Part shown: one piece after another, positions 39,902 to 50,162 of the stretch
Position numbering within the stretch: position 1 is the stretch's first letter
Layout: the number at the start of each line of letters is the position of its first letter
Notes under the pieces: generated by a model
Told to the model about the DNA's origin: nothing
The model's input: only the letters and a program-made list of their open reading frames with translations
Database searches by the model: none
Position numbers and translations under genes: made by a program
From: Thermoproteota archaeon
GTDB lineage: Archaea > Thermoproteota > Thermoprotei_A > EX4484-217-1
Direction: 5' to 3'
Assembly: GCA_029258915.1 (NCBI GenBank)
Contig: JAPDJU010000006.1
Coordinates: forward strand, 101,183-165,182
DNA length: 64,000 bases

Positions 39902-41344
39902 ATGCCTAAACCTGCCTTGACTCTACTATCGAAAGATGAAATAGAGGTAGTTCATGAACGCTCATTGGAAATTTTAAGTGAAATAGGTGTTAAAATAGAA
40001 GATGAAAATGTAGTAAACATGTTAAAAAGTAAGGGCTTAGATGTAGAAGGCAAAGTGGTTAAGATACCTGCATATATGGTTAAAGAGGCTTTAGCCAAAA
40101 CACCTAGAACCATAACATTATATGATAGAAACGGTAAGCCATATCATGTTTTAGGCGAAGGAAAAACACTATTTAATCCAGGCTCAGCTGCAATTAAAAT
40201 ATTAGATTATGGTTCTACAGAGCCTAGACCACCAATACTTAAAGATTTGAGAGATTTAGTAATAGTGGTTGATGCTTTAGAAAATATTAAAGCTCAAAGC
40301 ACAGCTTTAGTACCAATCGATATACCAATAGAAGTCAGCGACTTAGTTAGATTATATCCTGTATTAAAGTACTCTGAAAAACCAATAATAACGGGTGCTT
40401 TCAGTGTTGAAGGCCTACACTATATGGTTAAAGCTCTTTCAATAGTTGTAAATGACTTAGATAAAAAGCCTTTAGCAATATTTGATGTTTGTCCTTCACC
40501 ACCTTTACAGTGGAGCAAAATAGCTATAGGAAATCTTGTTGATGGGGCAAAATACCATGTACCTTTAGAGATAATACCTATGCCTCAAATAGGTGCTACG
40601 GGTCCCGTAACAATAGCTGGGTCTCTCATACAGCATAATGCCGAAATTCTTAGCGGTATAGTTATCGCTCAACTTACTTCCCCGGGAACACCAATAATCT
40701 ATGGGGGCTCACCTTCAACATTTGAAATGAGGCATGGAACATCATTGATCGCGGGCATAGAAGCACTGCTTCTGGTAACAGCATATGTAGACATGGCTAA
40801 ATACTATGGGATACCTGTTCACGGATATTTAGGGTTGAGTGATTCAAAACAAATAGACTACCAAGCAGGATTAGAAACCATGTTAGGAGCCCTAATTGCT
40901 ACGATTAAAGGTGTCGATGTTGCTTCAGGACCTGGAATGCTTGAATTTGAAAGTGTTCAAAGCTTAGAAAAATTAGTGTTAGATAATGAGATATGCGGTT
41001 TAGCATTTAGATACGCTAAGGGCTTTGAAATTTCTAAAGACACATTGGCAATAAATGTTGTAAGGAAAGTTAGACATGGAGGCCACTTTTTAGCTCAAAA
41101 ACATACCGTTAAATATCTAAGAAGAGAACTATATATGCCAAAAATACTGGATAGGGCGGGCAGAGGAACAGCAATAAAAAGTATTATTCAGAAGGCACAT
41201 GAAGAAGTAATTAGAGTTCTTAAAGAACATAAAGCACCCATACTGGATAAAGACATTGAAAAAGAGCTAGTTGAGTACATAAATTCAGTAACATTAAAAT
41301 ATGGTTGCAATTTAGACACTATAATCTCTAAATACCGCATATAG
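39902..41344 (+). CDS. MttB-superfamily methyltransferase (non-pyrrolysine trimethylamine/glycine betaine:corrinoid methyltransferase-like)
   Basis: 480-aa uninterrupted ORF whose length and composition recall MttB/MtgB TIM-barrel methyltransferases; family call is by overall resemblance and is unverified. Confidence 0.6.
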   Translation: MPKPALTLLSKDEIEVVHERSLEILSEIGVKIEDENVVNMLKSKGLDVEGKVVKIPAYMVKEALAKTPRTITLYDRNGKPYHVLGEGKTLFNPGSAAIKILDYGSTEPRPPILKDLRDLVIVVDALENIKAQSTALVPIDIPIEVSDLVRLYPVLKYSEKPIITGAFSVEGLHYMVKALSIVVNDLDKKPLAIFDVCPSPPLQWSKIAIGNLVDGAKYHVPLEIIPMPQIGATGPVTIAGSLIQHNAEILSGIVIAQLTSPGTPIIYGGSPSTFEMRHGTSLIAGIEALLLVTAYVDMAKYYGIPVHGYLGLSDSKQIDYQAGLETMLGALIATIKGVDVASGPGMLEFESVQSLEKLVLDNEICGLAFRYAKGFEISKDTLAINVVRKVRHGGHFLAQKHTVKYLRRELYMPKILDRAGRGTAIKSIIQKAHEEVIRVLKEHKAPILDKDIEKELVEYINSVTLKYGCNLDTIISKYRI

Positions 41345-41526
41345 TATCTAACATCGATAAGCAACCATGCTTTCTATTAGTGACCATTAATATTATTAGA
41401 AAATAATATCACATTACATGGGAGAAGCAGGACGGGAGTTTCTTTAAAGTAAAGTTTAAATTTAGAATGTGCGAATGTAGTGGTCAAAAACGTTTAACAT
41501 TAAACAGCGCTTAAAGGAAGATTATC

Positions 41527-42393
41527 TTGGTTCAAGAGGAAGTCTTAGGCCTTATGTATGCTGTCGGCGCACTGCTCTCATTCAGTTTTTCACCTATACT
41601 GTATAAAGTAGGGTTAAAGAATGAACTACATGTTTTAGAAGCCAATACCTTAAGAGCATGGGGTGCTTTCCTACTACTAACACCGATATATGCTCTGCAT
41701 GGTTTTACACATACTATACCGTTAGAGCTTATAGTGTTCTTAGTTATTTCAGCTATTTCAGGACCTATAGTTGGCGATACATTTTTTCTATTTTCTATCA
41801 GGAAAGTTGGTGCTTCGATAGCTACGCCTTTAGCTAATACGTACTCCTTAATTGTCGTTGTACTTTCTGTTATCTTATTTAGTGAGAAGATAACTTTGTT
41901 GAATACTTTAGGTGGGGCTCTTATATTGTCATCCATATGGCTAGTATATCTGGAGAGGAGAAGTATTAAAGGTGACGTTGTTCCAGGATTATTTGCTGGA
42001 CTCGGCGCTGCTTCCGGATATGCTTTATCAATAATTTCTATGAATGTTCTTTTAAATAGTAAAATAGATCCTGTAACTATAATTTACTTTAGAATAATAC
42101 TTGTAGGTATTTTACTTACTCTCATAGTTAGAACACTGAACTTTAGCTTTAGAACAGTAAGTAGGAGAACATTGTTAGCTCTGTCTGTTGGAGGATTTTT
42201 CGGTGTAGGTTTTGGAGTAATATTGTTGCTTACTGCAATAACGTATTTGGGCGCTGGAAAAGCATCATTAATTGCTTCAGCAGCACCCGTAATTACAAGC
42301 ACTATTGCAATGGCTTTACTTAAAGAGAAATTTAGAGCTAAAGTAATAATTGCAGCCATACTCGTTTCCATAGGGGCTATTATGCTAAAATAG
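41527..42393 (+). CDS. EamA/DMT-family transporter
   Basis: Ten-TM pattern with two internal repeats. Confidence 0.65.
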   Translation: MVQEEVLGLMYAVGALLSFSFSPILYKVGLKNELHVLEANTLRAWGAFLLLTPIYALHGFTHTIPLELIVFLVISAISGPIVGDTFFLFSIRKVGASIATPLANTYSLIVVVLSVILFSEKITLLNTLGGALILSSIWLVYLERRSIKGDVVPGLFAGLGAASGYALSIISMNVLLNSKIDPVTIIYFRIILVGILLTLIVRTLNFSFRTVSRRTLLALSVGGFFGVGFGVILLLTAITYLGAGKASLIASAAPVITSTIAMALLKEKFRAKVIIAAILVSIGAIMLK

Positions 42394-42634
42394 CCTAGCC
42401 GCATTTTGGTTTTAAAGCATATTAGAAAGAGGCTTTTATGGCACGCATACTAAGTAGTGATGGTATTCTTAAAAATAGCAAAGAAATGCATGGGTGGTTT
42501 TAGAAACTTCATTTATCTTTAATTAATTAAAAATAGAGAAATTGTGAAAAGCATTTTTTCAACAACTGATAAAATGACAATCTATATTAAGGTTAAGATA
42601 ATTATTTTCTATGAGCACTTGAGGTGTTTAGTGT

Positions 42635-43441
42635 TTGTGCGCTGCTTTAGCTCCATTACTTCTAAGTAACCTATACTTCATTCAACGCGAAAAACTTGTA
42701 GGCTTCCACATAGTTGCTGTAAACAAGCCTGGAGCTTTGGTTAAAATATCTTCTGTACTAGGTAAATACAATGTTAATATTGTAGCTATAGTTTTCTCTT
42801 CCAGAATAGAATTGGGTGAGAAAGCCTCAATATTCATAATAACTGATTTTACATACTCAGAAATGAAACCTAAGGAAATAGAGGATAAGCTTAAAGAACT
42901 CGATGTAGCTCAGCACGTTAACCTGGTTAAACCTCAATTACCTAAAATACTAGTTGATCCCCACCATTTTCCTGTAGTTGATGATTTAAATAGAAGATTT
43001 ATACTTCTTTCAGAAAGCGCTATGAAAAGCGTTGTTGTGAGATTAAGAGAAACATTCGGAACAGGTGGATTAGCTTTTCTTTACCATCAAGGGAAAATAG
43101 TGGGCACTGAACTTGCAGAAACATACAGGGAAATGGGAATATCTGATTTAAAAGATGCTATCAAAATGTTTTTACTTCATCTTCTAGCTTTGGGAAGGTA
43201 TTTGGGAGAAATCACATACTATAAAGAGGACAGAATAATTATTAGACTACATAGAAATTGGGAATGCGAAGTAGCTATGAAGCATAATGTGAAGGGACCT
43301 GCTTCATATTTTGAAAGAGGAGTAGTAGCAGGGTTCTTAGAAAAATTTACTGGGAGAAAGGTGTCTGTACATGAAATTAAATGTCTAGCGAAAGGAGATC
43401 CATATTGTGAATTCCTAGTCACCTTTCTCCCACATAGATAG
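42635..43441 (+). CDS. ACT-domain plus V4R-domain protein, paralog of 37144-37968
   Basis: VGFHIVAVNKPGAL and IKCLAKGDPYCEF mirror the paralog; TTG start. Confidence 0.6.
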   Translation: MCAALAPLLLSNLYFIQREKLVGFHIVAVNKPGALVKISSVLGKYNVNIVAIVFSSRIELGEKASIFIITDFTYSEMKPKEIEDKLKELDVAQHVNLVKPQLPKILVDPHHFPVVDDLNRRFILLSESAMKSVVVRLRETFGTGGLAFLYHQGKIVGTELAETYREMGISDLKDAIKMFLLHLLALGRYLGEITYYKEDRIIIRLHRNWECEVAMKHNVKGPASYFERGVVAGFLEKFTGRKVSVHEIKCLAKGDPYCEFLVTFLPHR

Positions 43442-43461
43442 ATTAAAAATTTCTAAACACG

Positions 43462-43992
43462 TTAGTGGCTAATAGTTTCTTCTTTCACCTTACTCCATGG
43501 ACCTTTAACACCGCTGAATATTGTAAGTAAGGTAGTGTATACTATGCCAGGCATTAGAATGAACGCTAAGTTTATGTGTTTAAGAATAATGCTTACCATT
43601 TTCGGTTCAATATACGTTAAAACTGCCATAGGAAGTACGGTAAGCGTTATTATGAATACTCCGCCTGTAAGTATTGCAGCTACCGATGCATTTAATTTAA
43701 ACCTGTTTATTATGAAACTTTCTAACGCACCAAACAACGCCCCTAAAATAAGCATTTGGAAAACATAGGCTGGTGGAGCTATCCATATTATATATGACAT
43801 TAGGTTTCCTATTTCTGTCAATGTTTTATCTATTACTTCTTGAGGAGCATTTGCAGCTGTTAACTGGTAGACTATGATCTCTCGAATCAATTCATTTAAT
43901 GTACCAGTAATAGATAAGAAAGATGCTCCTAGGACAACGCCTGTTATGGCGCCGGCAATTAATCCGTAGAAAACATATTTATTTTCAACCAT
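43462..43992 (-). CDS. Membrane protein of unknown function
   Basis: 176-aa hydrophobic ORF. Confidence 0.35.
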   Translation of the reverse strand: MVENKYVFYGLIAGAITGVVLGASFLSITGTLNELIREIIVYQLTAANAPQEVIDKTLTEIGNLMSYIIWIAPPAYVFQMLILGALFGALESFIINRFKLNASVAAILTGGVFIITLTVLPMAVLTYIEPKMVSIILKHINLAFILMPGIVYTTLLTIFSGVKGPWSKVKEETISH

Positions 43993-44064
43993 AGTTTTCT
44001 GAACACCACGTGTGAAAAATGTTAATGTATTTCTAGGATTAATATGTTTTCCTAGGTGTAGGCA

Positions 44065-44727
44065 TTGTTTTCTATATTGCTGACTATACCTATATTGCTA
44101 GCTATTTTACCTGGATTAATTGCTCTAATGCTTATAGCTAAGAAGAAGTTTAAGTTATGGTTAGATGGTTGTTTAGGTGGAGGAGGATGGTTATTAGCAT
44201 TAGTGCTAAGGTTACCTATATTACAGTTTTCAGCAAAGACATTAAACCCTACGCATTTAAGTTTACTAGCAGCCTTCATGGCCGGTATTTTTGAAGAAAC
44301 CTTTAGATACTTAGTATTAAAATATAGGCTTTTCAGCAAAGGAAGCCTATGCAAAACAGTTTTATCTGTAGGTCTAGGTTGGGGGTTAACAGAAGCATTT
44401 TTAATATACGCTTTACAAGTGCCTTTATCATACACGATAACAGGGTATGACTGGACAGTTTACCTTCCAGGCGCTTTTGAAAGGAACATTGCTATAATAC
44501 TTCATGTAGCGTTAACGTTTATTATTGCATACTCTTTAATCTCAAATATCAGATATGTCATTTTGGCAATATTCCTCCATGGTGCAGTTAATTCATTAAT
44601 TATACCTATACTCTACGTAACTAAAGACCCATGGATTATAGAGTTAATACTAGCGTTAATTACAGTACCCATAGCTACATGTATTATCATGGTGTTAAAG
44701 CCTAAAATAAGCAGCATCAAACAATAA
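44065..44727 (+). CDS. CPBP-family intramembrane metalloprotease (CAAX protease / Abi-like)
   Basis: EExxxR motif (FEETFRY) and HxxxN motif (HGAVN) within TM helices. Confidence 0.6.
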   Translation: MFSILLTIPILLAILPGLIALMLIAKKKFKLWLDGCLGGGGWLLALVLRLPILQFSAKTLNPTHLSLLAAFMAGIFEETFRYLVLKYRLFSKGSLCKTVLSVGLGWGLTEAFLIYALQVPLSYTITGYDWTVYLPGAFERNIAIILHVALTFIIAYSLISNIRYVILAIFLHGAVNSLIIPILYVTKDPWIIELILALITVPIATCIIMVLKPKISSIKQ

Positions 44728-44755
44728 GATATTATGAACACTTATTAGGTCGCAT

Positions 44756-45622
44756 TTAACGTAGTTTAGCGGTTCTAATGGTACTTAGCGCCATAGCTAA
44801 AAGTATAAATGCAGAGCCTGCCATTTGTTTTAAGGTGAAAACTTCGTTTAACATTAAATATGAAAGTATTGACGCAAAAACAGGTTCTAGTAAGTAAATT
44901 ATTGCTGCTTGCGTACTTGAAACATACTTTTGACCGTAAAGTTGTAGAGTATTTGTGATAATAGTACATGCTGTTGCTAAGTAGAACAGTGGAGGTAAAG
45001 CCAGCATAAATTTTTCAAATGTTGGCATAGGGAAAAACACTGCTATGGGTAAGGCACCTAACGAGGTAAATATTATTTCATAAAATACGAGCTGAACTAA
45101 ACTATATTTTTTAGTATATACTCCTACAGCAATTATTTGAAACGCCCAAAAAACTGCACCTAGAAAAACAATTAAATCACCTATTCTAAAGTATAATCCA
45201 TTTGTTGTTGAGAGAAGATAAACTCCTATAATAGATAGAAAAACCGCTAATGTTAGTTTTACAGTAAATTTCTCTCTTCCCAAAATAACTTCGAAAACAT
45301 ATACAAGAACAACGCTAAGCCCTGTTATAAAAGCAGCATTAGAAGCTGTAGTATATTCTATACCTAATCCTTGAAGCTCAATGCCGCCGAAAAAAAGCAT
45401 TCCAAGAATAAAACCGGGTTTAATTGCTTCCCTAAGATTAACTCTTAAAAGTTTAAAATAAGCCATTAGTATGAGGAAAAGCGAGGCAATAGCAAACCTT
45501 AGTAAAACATAGTAGCTAAAGCCGATATTCGAAACTATAATTTTTATAAAAGGAAAAGTTGTACCCCAGAGGAAAGTAAGCATGAACAAAGCTGCATAGC
45601 CGACAATGCTAAGTTGCTTCAT
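44756..45622 (-). CDS. EamA/DMT-family transporter
   Basis: 288-aa polytopic membrane ORF with the duplicated EamA pattern. Confidence 0.65.
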   Translation of the reverse strand: MKQLSIVGYAALFMLTFLWGTTFPFIKIIVSNIGFSYYVLLRFAIASLFLILMAYFKLLRVNLREAIKPGFILGMLFFGGIELQGLGIEYTTASNAAFITGLSVVLVYVFEVILGREKFTVKLTLAVFLSIIGVYLLSTTNGLYFRIGDLIVFLGAVFWAFQIIAVGVYTKKYSLVQLVFYEIIFTSLGALPIAVFFPMPTFEKFMLALPPLFYLATACTIITNTLQLYGQKYVSSTQAAIIYLLEPVFASILSYLMLNEVFTLKQMAGSAFILLAMALSTIRTAKLR

Positions 45623-45769
45623 AAACTGGCACCGAAGACTTAGAATAATTAGTAATCAATGTAAATAAAAGTATTGATATAAGTAATCAATGTATAATCT
45701 AGAGAATGCCTTCCCACATATGATGGGTACTTAAAACTTATTAGGGGTTAAAATAGATATTAGCCTACC

Positions 45770-46249
45770 ATGTATAGAAAGATAATGTTAGTGCTTGTAG
45801 CTGCTTTGTTAGTGGTGGTCTTGGTCTTAATGTCACCATTCAGAATACCTGAGGCTGAAACAATAGTACAGCCTGGAGAAGCAATAACATTAGACTTGGG
45901 CTCAATAGTTGAAGATAAGGGATGTAAAGAATACCCTGGTATAGCCGACCTAGTAATAGCTAAGGAGAAAACAAAGATAATGTTGAAAGCCGAAGGTGAG
46001 GTAACAGGGGATTTAAAAGTAGCAGCAAATGCTATAGTTCAAATAGGTAACGTAACTATTCTAATGCCATGTGCATACTATAATATCGAATCTTGCGTGA
46101 GAATAATGATGATCATACCTGGATATGATGAACCATTAGAGATAAGCAAAGGAACATATCCGGTGAGCGTAAAAATATGCTGGCTTAAAGAAAGCGGCAA
46201 TGGAACATTAAAGCTTAAACTAAAAGTAATTGAGCAGGAAAGCAGTTAA
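45770..46249 (+). CDS. Secreted or membrane-anchored Cys-containing protein of unknown function
   Basis: N-terminal signal/anchor helix MLVLVAALLVVVLVL, five Cys in the mature part. Confidence 0.35.
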   Translation: MYRKIMLVLVAALLVVVLVLMSPFRIPEAETIVQPGEAITLDLGSIVEDKGCKEYPGIADLVIAKEKTKIMLKAEGEVTGDLKVAANAIVQIGNVTILMPCAYYNIESCVRIMMIIPGYDEPLEISKGTYPVSVKICWLKESGNGTLKLKLKVIEQESS

Positions 46250-46393
46250 CAACTTAAACACAGCGCTCTGAATTTCTTATAAACACATGGTAAGCTGATG
46301 AATAAAAACAGTGTTTTAAGAATGTTTTCTGGAGTGAGTTTATATACTCTCTAACCTTATCTTTTAAGAGAGTGAGGAGGGAGAATATTTTGC

Positions 46394-47410
46394 GTGTTTG
46401 ACAATTCTCCTTATGTACCTTATGTTGTTGTTTGGCTAATTACCGCTAAATGTAATTTGAATTGTGGACACTGCTATGCCAAGCAGTTTCTTAGAATTAA
46501 TGAGTTAAATTTAAGGGAGAAGCTAAGATTAGCTGATGAAATTGGGGAATTAGGTGTAAGCTGGGTTGCTATTAGCGGTGGAGAACCATTAATTAGCAGT
46601 GATACGTTTCCTGTGATTAAGAGGTTAAGAGATTATGGTGTAGGGGTTTCCATATCAACAAACGCTACAATAGTAAACGACACTATAGCTAAGGAGCTTT
46701 CAAAGCTTGATGTTTACGTTTACGTTAGCATAGACGGACCCATAAATGTTCACGATAAAATTAGAGGTCTAGGTACGTTTAGTAGAGTTATTAGATTCAT
46801 AAATACTCTTAAGAAATGGGATGTTAAATTCGGAACAGTAATGGCTGTTGGAAAATATAACTACAAATATGTTAAAGACTATTTAGAAATAGCAAAAAAT
46901 ATCGGGGCAAACAGTATTTCAATAATCCCAATAATGCCTTCCAAGAGGTTAGTTACTAAAAAGTATTCTATATCCTCTAAGGAGTATATTGAAGCTATAA
47001 AAGCAGCTGAAGAATTTGCTAACGAAAATAGGCTGCTTGTTTCCCTGTGGTGTACACCTTTTGCTCCATTAATTACGAAGTCAAACTACATTGGCTATTA
47101 CTCTTGCAGAATTTATGACATTATTGATATAGATCCTTCAGGTAGGCTTTTAGCATGCGATGTTACCGGAATTCCTGTAGCAGAAACCCGTGGAAAAACA
47201 TTAGCTAAAGCTATAATCGAATATCAAAACAATCCCTTTATAAGAAACATAGTTAATCCACCAAACTTACCTGAAAAATGTTTAAAGTGTGAACTTTTCG
47301 ACTACTGTAGAGGAGGATGTTTTGCACGGGCATTAGCGGAGAAAGGAGATCCTAATGCCGGAGATCCGCTATGTCCTTTAATAAGCAATTTAAGAGAAGA
47401 TTTCTGTTAA
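46394..47410 (+). CDS. Radical SAM enzyme with C-terminal SPASM domain
   Basis: CNLNCGHC cluster motif, SGGEP SAM motif and C-terminal CLKCELFDYCRGGCFA SPASM cysteines. Confidence 0.75.
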   Translation: MFDNSPYVPYVVVWLITAKCNLNCGHCYAKQFLRINELNLREKLRLADEIGELGVSWVAISGGEPLISSDTFPVIKRLRDYGVGVSISTNATIVNDTIAKELSKLDVYVYVSIDGPINVHDKIRGLGTFSRVIRFINTLKKWDVKFGTVMAVGKYNYKYVKDYLEIAKNIGANSISIIPIMPSKRLVTKKYSISSKEYIEAIKAAEEFANENRLLVSLWCTPFAPLITKSNYIGYYSCRIYDIIDIDPSGRLLACDVTGIPVAETRGKTLAKAIIEYQNNPFIRNIVNPPNLPEKCLKCELFDYCRGGCFARALAEKGDPNAGDPLCPLISNLREDFC

Positions 47411-47543
47411 AATCATTTCTTTACTGTTTCAACATAGACTAAGTATAAGGAGATAATTATGTTGCTAATCATGTGTGCATTTTATTAGGAATTCTAAGTA
47501 AAAAATTTAAACCATATGTTTCATGAACAACTAATGGATTAGC

Positions 47544-47729
47544 ATGAAAACTGTGGTCATAGCATATATTACGTGGAGTTTGCTTGTAATAGCATTAATA
47601 TATATTATCCCTTATGTTCTACTTAAAAACGCTATGGACTTAAGCTTGTATGTATTTTGGCTACTAGCATCCATGATTCACATGTTAATCACCATTGCTT
47701 ATGTAAAGTTTAAGGAGCTAAAACCATGA
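47544..47729 (+). CDS. Small membrane protein, likely accessory subunit of the downstream symporter
   Basis: 61 aa with two TM helices; stop overlaps the symporter start. Confidence 0.4.
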   Translation: MKTVVIAYITWSLLVIALIYIIPYVLLKNAMDLSLYVFWLLASMIHMLITIAYVKFKELKP

Positions 47730-49186
47730 GTCTATTAATGTATTTAACTATGCTAGCTACGTACATAGTGGTAGGTACATTAATAGCTGTGGTTTCCAGA
47801 AGACTTGGTATTAGAACTGTTCAAGACTACTATGTAGCAGGCTATAGGTTGAGCGGTTTTTTAGCGTCAATGACCTATGCTGCAACGACGTATAGTGCTT
47901 TTATGATGATAGGGCTTGTAGGTTTAAGCTATGCTACAGGTGTTGGGGCATTAGGTTTTGAGTTAGCATATTTTGTAGCAACACTAACTTTCCTAGCATT
48001 ATTCTCTAAGAAAGTATGGTCTATGGCTAGAAAGAGAAAATGGGTTAGTCCAGCTGAAATGCTTTCAGACCTTTACGGTTCTAAAATACTTGGCATAATT
48101 GTTTCACTAATATACTTAGTAGCATTGGTACCTTACATATCAGCTCAGCTAATAGGTATTGGAAGATTATTAGAAGGCATTGGTGGCTATGAATACTATG
48201 TATATGGAGTGCTATTAGGTTCAATAATAATTTTTGCATGGACCTTCATAGCAGGTATTTGGAGTGTTGCAACAACAGATACTTACCAAGGCTTATGGAT
48301 GATCATTGCATCTTTAGCTTACATAGCTTGGTTATATTTAATCCTGTATCCTAGTGCAAATGTAAATTTAGCAGAAGTTTTTAGAGAACTCGGAAGCAAG
48401 AAGCTACTTGGTTTATCAGATTTTTGGGCACTACATGTGTTTTTAGCATTCACCATACCGTGGGTGTTTTTTGCTGTTACAAATCCGCAAGTTGTTCAGA
48501 GACTATACATGCCTAGAGATGAGAAAGCATTATTTAAAATGATTAGCTTATTCGCCCTATTTGGTTTCTCCTACACTATAATAGTTACATTAGTAGGTTT
48601 AGGAGCTAGGGGGCTTACAGAAGCTGGTGTTTTAGATTACATTGAAGTGAGAGATCTCGTTACACCAATACTTTTAGGGAAAATACATTCAGCACTAGCA
48701 GCATTCATATTTACAAGTATAGTAGCTGCCGCTGTTTCAACAGCTGACTCCATAATTTTAACCGTAGCTAGTACTATGTCTAAAGATTTATACATGAAAC
48801 TCTCTAGAAGGCCAAGTGAGAGAAAAGCATTAACCATAGGATACTTAACAATAGCCTCGTTAGTTATCATAACAGTCTGTATTGCATTAACGAAACCAGG
48901 TTTTATAGTTGAAATGTCTGTTCTATCTTCAGTAATATTACTGCCATTAGCACCAGTAACCATAGCGGCATGGATAACATTTAAAGTTCGTAATAAAGAA
49001 ATGAAATTGACTGCAATCACCAGCCTAGCGTTAGGAACAATAGTAAGCTTATATGTTGCAATAATTTACGGACCTAAGAAAGCATTCATAATGACATGGT
49101 ATGGACTACCTATATCATTCTGGACGTTAATAGTAACAACAGTCCTAATTCTAATAGGCTATTTAGTAGTTAAGATGAAAACATAG
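47726..49186 (+). CDS. Sodium:solute symporter (SSS family)
   Basis: About 13 TM helices with the SSS N-terminal pattern (YYVAGYRLSGF...). Confidence 0.75.
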   Translation: MSLLMYLTMLATYIVVGTLIAVVSRRLGIRTVQDYYVAGYRLSGFLASMTYAATTYSAFMMIGLVGLSYATGVGALGFELAYFVATLTFLALFSKKVWSMARKRKWVSPAEMLSDLYGSKILGIIVSLIYLVALVPYISAQLIGIGRLLEGIGGYEYYVYGVLLGSIIIFAWTFIAGIWSVATTDTYQGLWMIIASLAYIAWLYLILYPSANVNLAEVFRELGSKKLLGLSDFWALHVFLAFTIPWVFFAVTNPQVVQRLYMPRDEKALFKMISLFALFGFSYTIIVTLVGLGARGLTEAGVLDYIEVRDLVTPILLGKIHSALAAFIFTSIVAAAVSTADSIILTVASTMSKDLYMKLSRRPSERKALTIGYLTIASLVIITVCIALTKPGFIVEMSVLSSVILLPLAPVTIAAWITFKVRNKEMKLTAITSLALGTIVSLYVAIIYGPKKAFIMTWYGLPISFWTLIVTTVLILIGYLVVKMKT

Positions 49187-49244
49187 TAATATCTTATGTC
49201 TAACATAAGAAAGAACAGCATTTAAAAGTAGGAGTTTATTACAG

Positions 49245-50156
49245 CTAATTTCCATGCGCTAAACCTACAAGTTCACTTATTTTCTGGAAACCTTCTTTAT
49301 CCATGTATTCTTCAATACCCTTAATAATTTCGTCTATTACCTTAAGTCCTTTAATTGCTATTACTGAAGCTATAGCAACAGCTGAAGCACCTGCTAAAAA
49401 GAATTCTACAGCATCAACCCAGTCCGTAACACCCCCAATACCTATAATAGGTATTTCAATGTTTTTGTATAGGTCAAAAACTACTCTAACAGCTATAGGG
49501 TGAATTGCTGGTCCGCTAAGCCCACCGTAAATATTTGAGAGAATAGGTTTTCTCGCATACACATCAATGACTACCGAACGTATACTGTTTATGGCTGAAA
49601 CAGCATCTGCTCCAGCTTTTTCCGCTTTTAAAGCCGAGTCCACTATTCTATCTGTTAAACCAAGCTTCACTATCACGGGTATTTTAAGTACAGACCTAAC
49701 TTCGTGAACTATTTTACCAACATACTCCGGGTCCTGACCTATTTCTAAACCATGGCCTTTAACATGAGGACAGCTTAGGTTTAGTTCTACAGCATCCGCA
49801 CCGTTTTCTTCAGCGAAAGAAGCTATTTCCGCGTATTCCTTAGACGTTGAAGCAGCAATACTAACCACTATGGGTACATCGTTTTTAACTATGTTACCTA
49901 AAATTTCTTTTAAAGCCCTATATCCGGGATTAGTTAAGCCTACAGCATTTACAATACCTGCCTTAGTATAAGCTACTATAGGAGTGTTATAGCCGACTCT
50001 AGGTTCCCAAGTAAAACTTTTAGTTACTATTGCCCCGATTCTTGTCTCTCTAATAACCCTATTTATGGTACTATAGCTTGACCCTAAAACACCTGAAGCA
50101 AGTAATATAGGTGTTTTTAGCTTTAATTTTGAAATTGAAACTTTAAGGTTAACCAT
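49245..50156 (-). CDS. pyrD: Dihydroorotate dehydrogenase catalytic subunit (class 1B)
   Basis: TIM-barrel DHOD motifs (VTKSFT, NLSCPHV, GIGGV); last gene of the pyr operon. Confidence 0.85.
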   Translation of the reverse strand: MVNLKVSISKLKLKTPILLASGVLGSSYSTINRVIRETRIGAIVTKSFTWEPRVGYNTPIVAYTKAGIVNAVGLTNPGYRALKEILGNIVKNDVPIVVSIAASTSKEYAEIASFAEENGADAVELNLSCPHVKGHGLEIGQDPEYVGKIVHEVRSVLKIPVIVKLGLTDRIVDSALKAEKAGADAVSAINSIRSVVIDVYARKPILSNIYGGLSGPAIHPIAVRVVFDLYKNIEIPIIGIGGVTDWVDAVEFFLAGASAVAIASVIAIKGLKVIDEIIKGIEEYMDKEGFQKISELVGLAHGN

Positions 50157-50162
50157 AGAACA

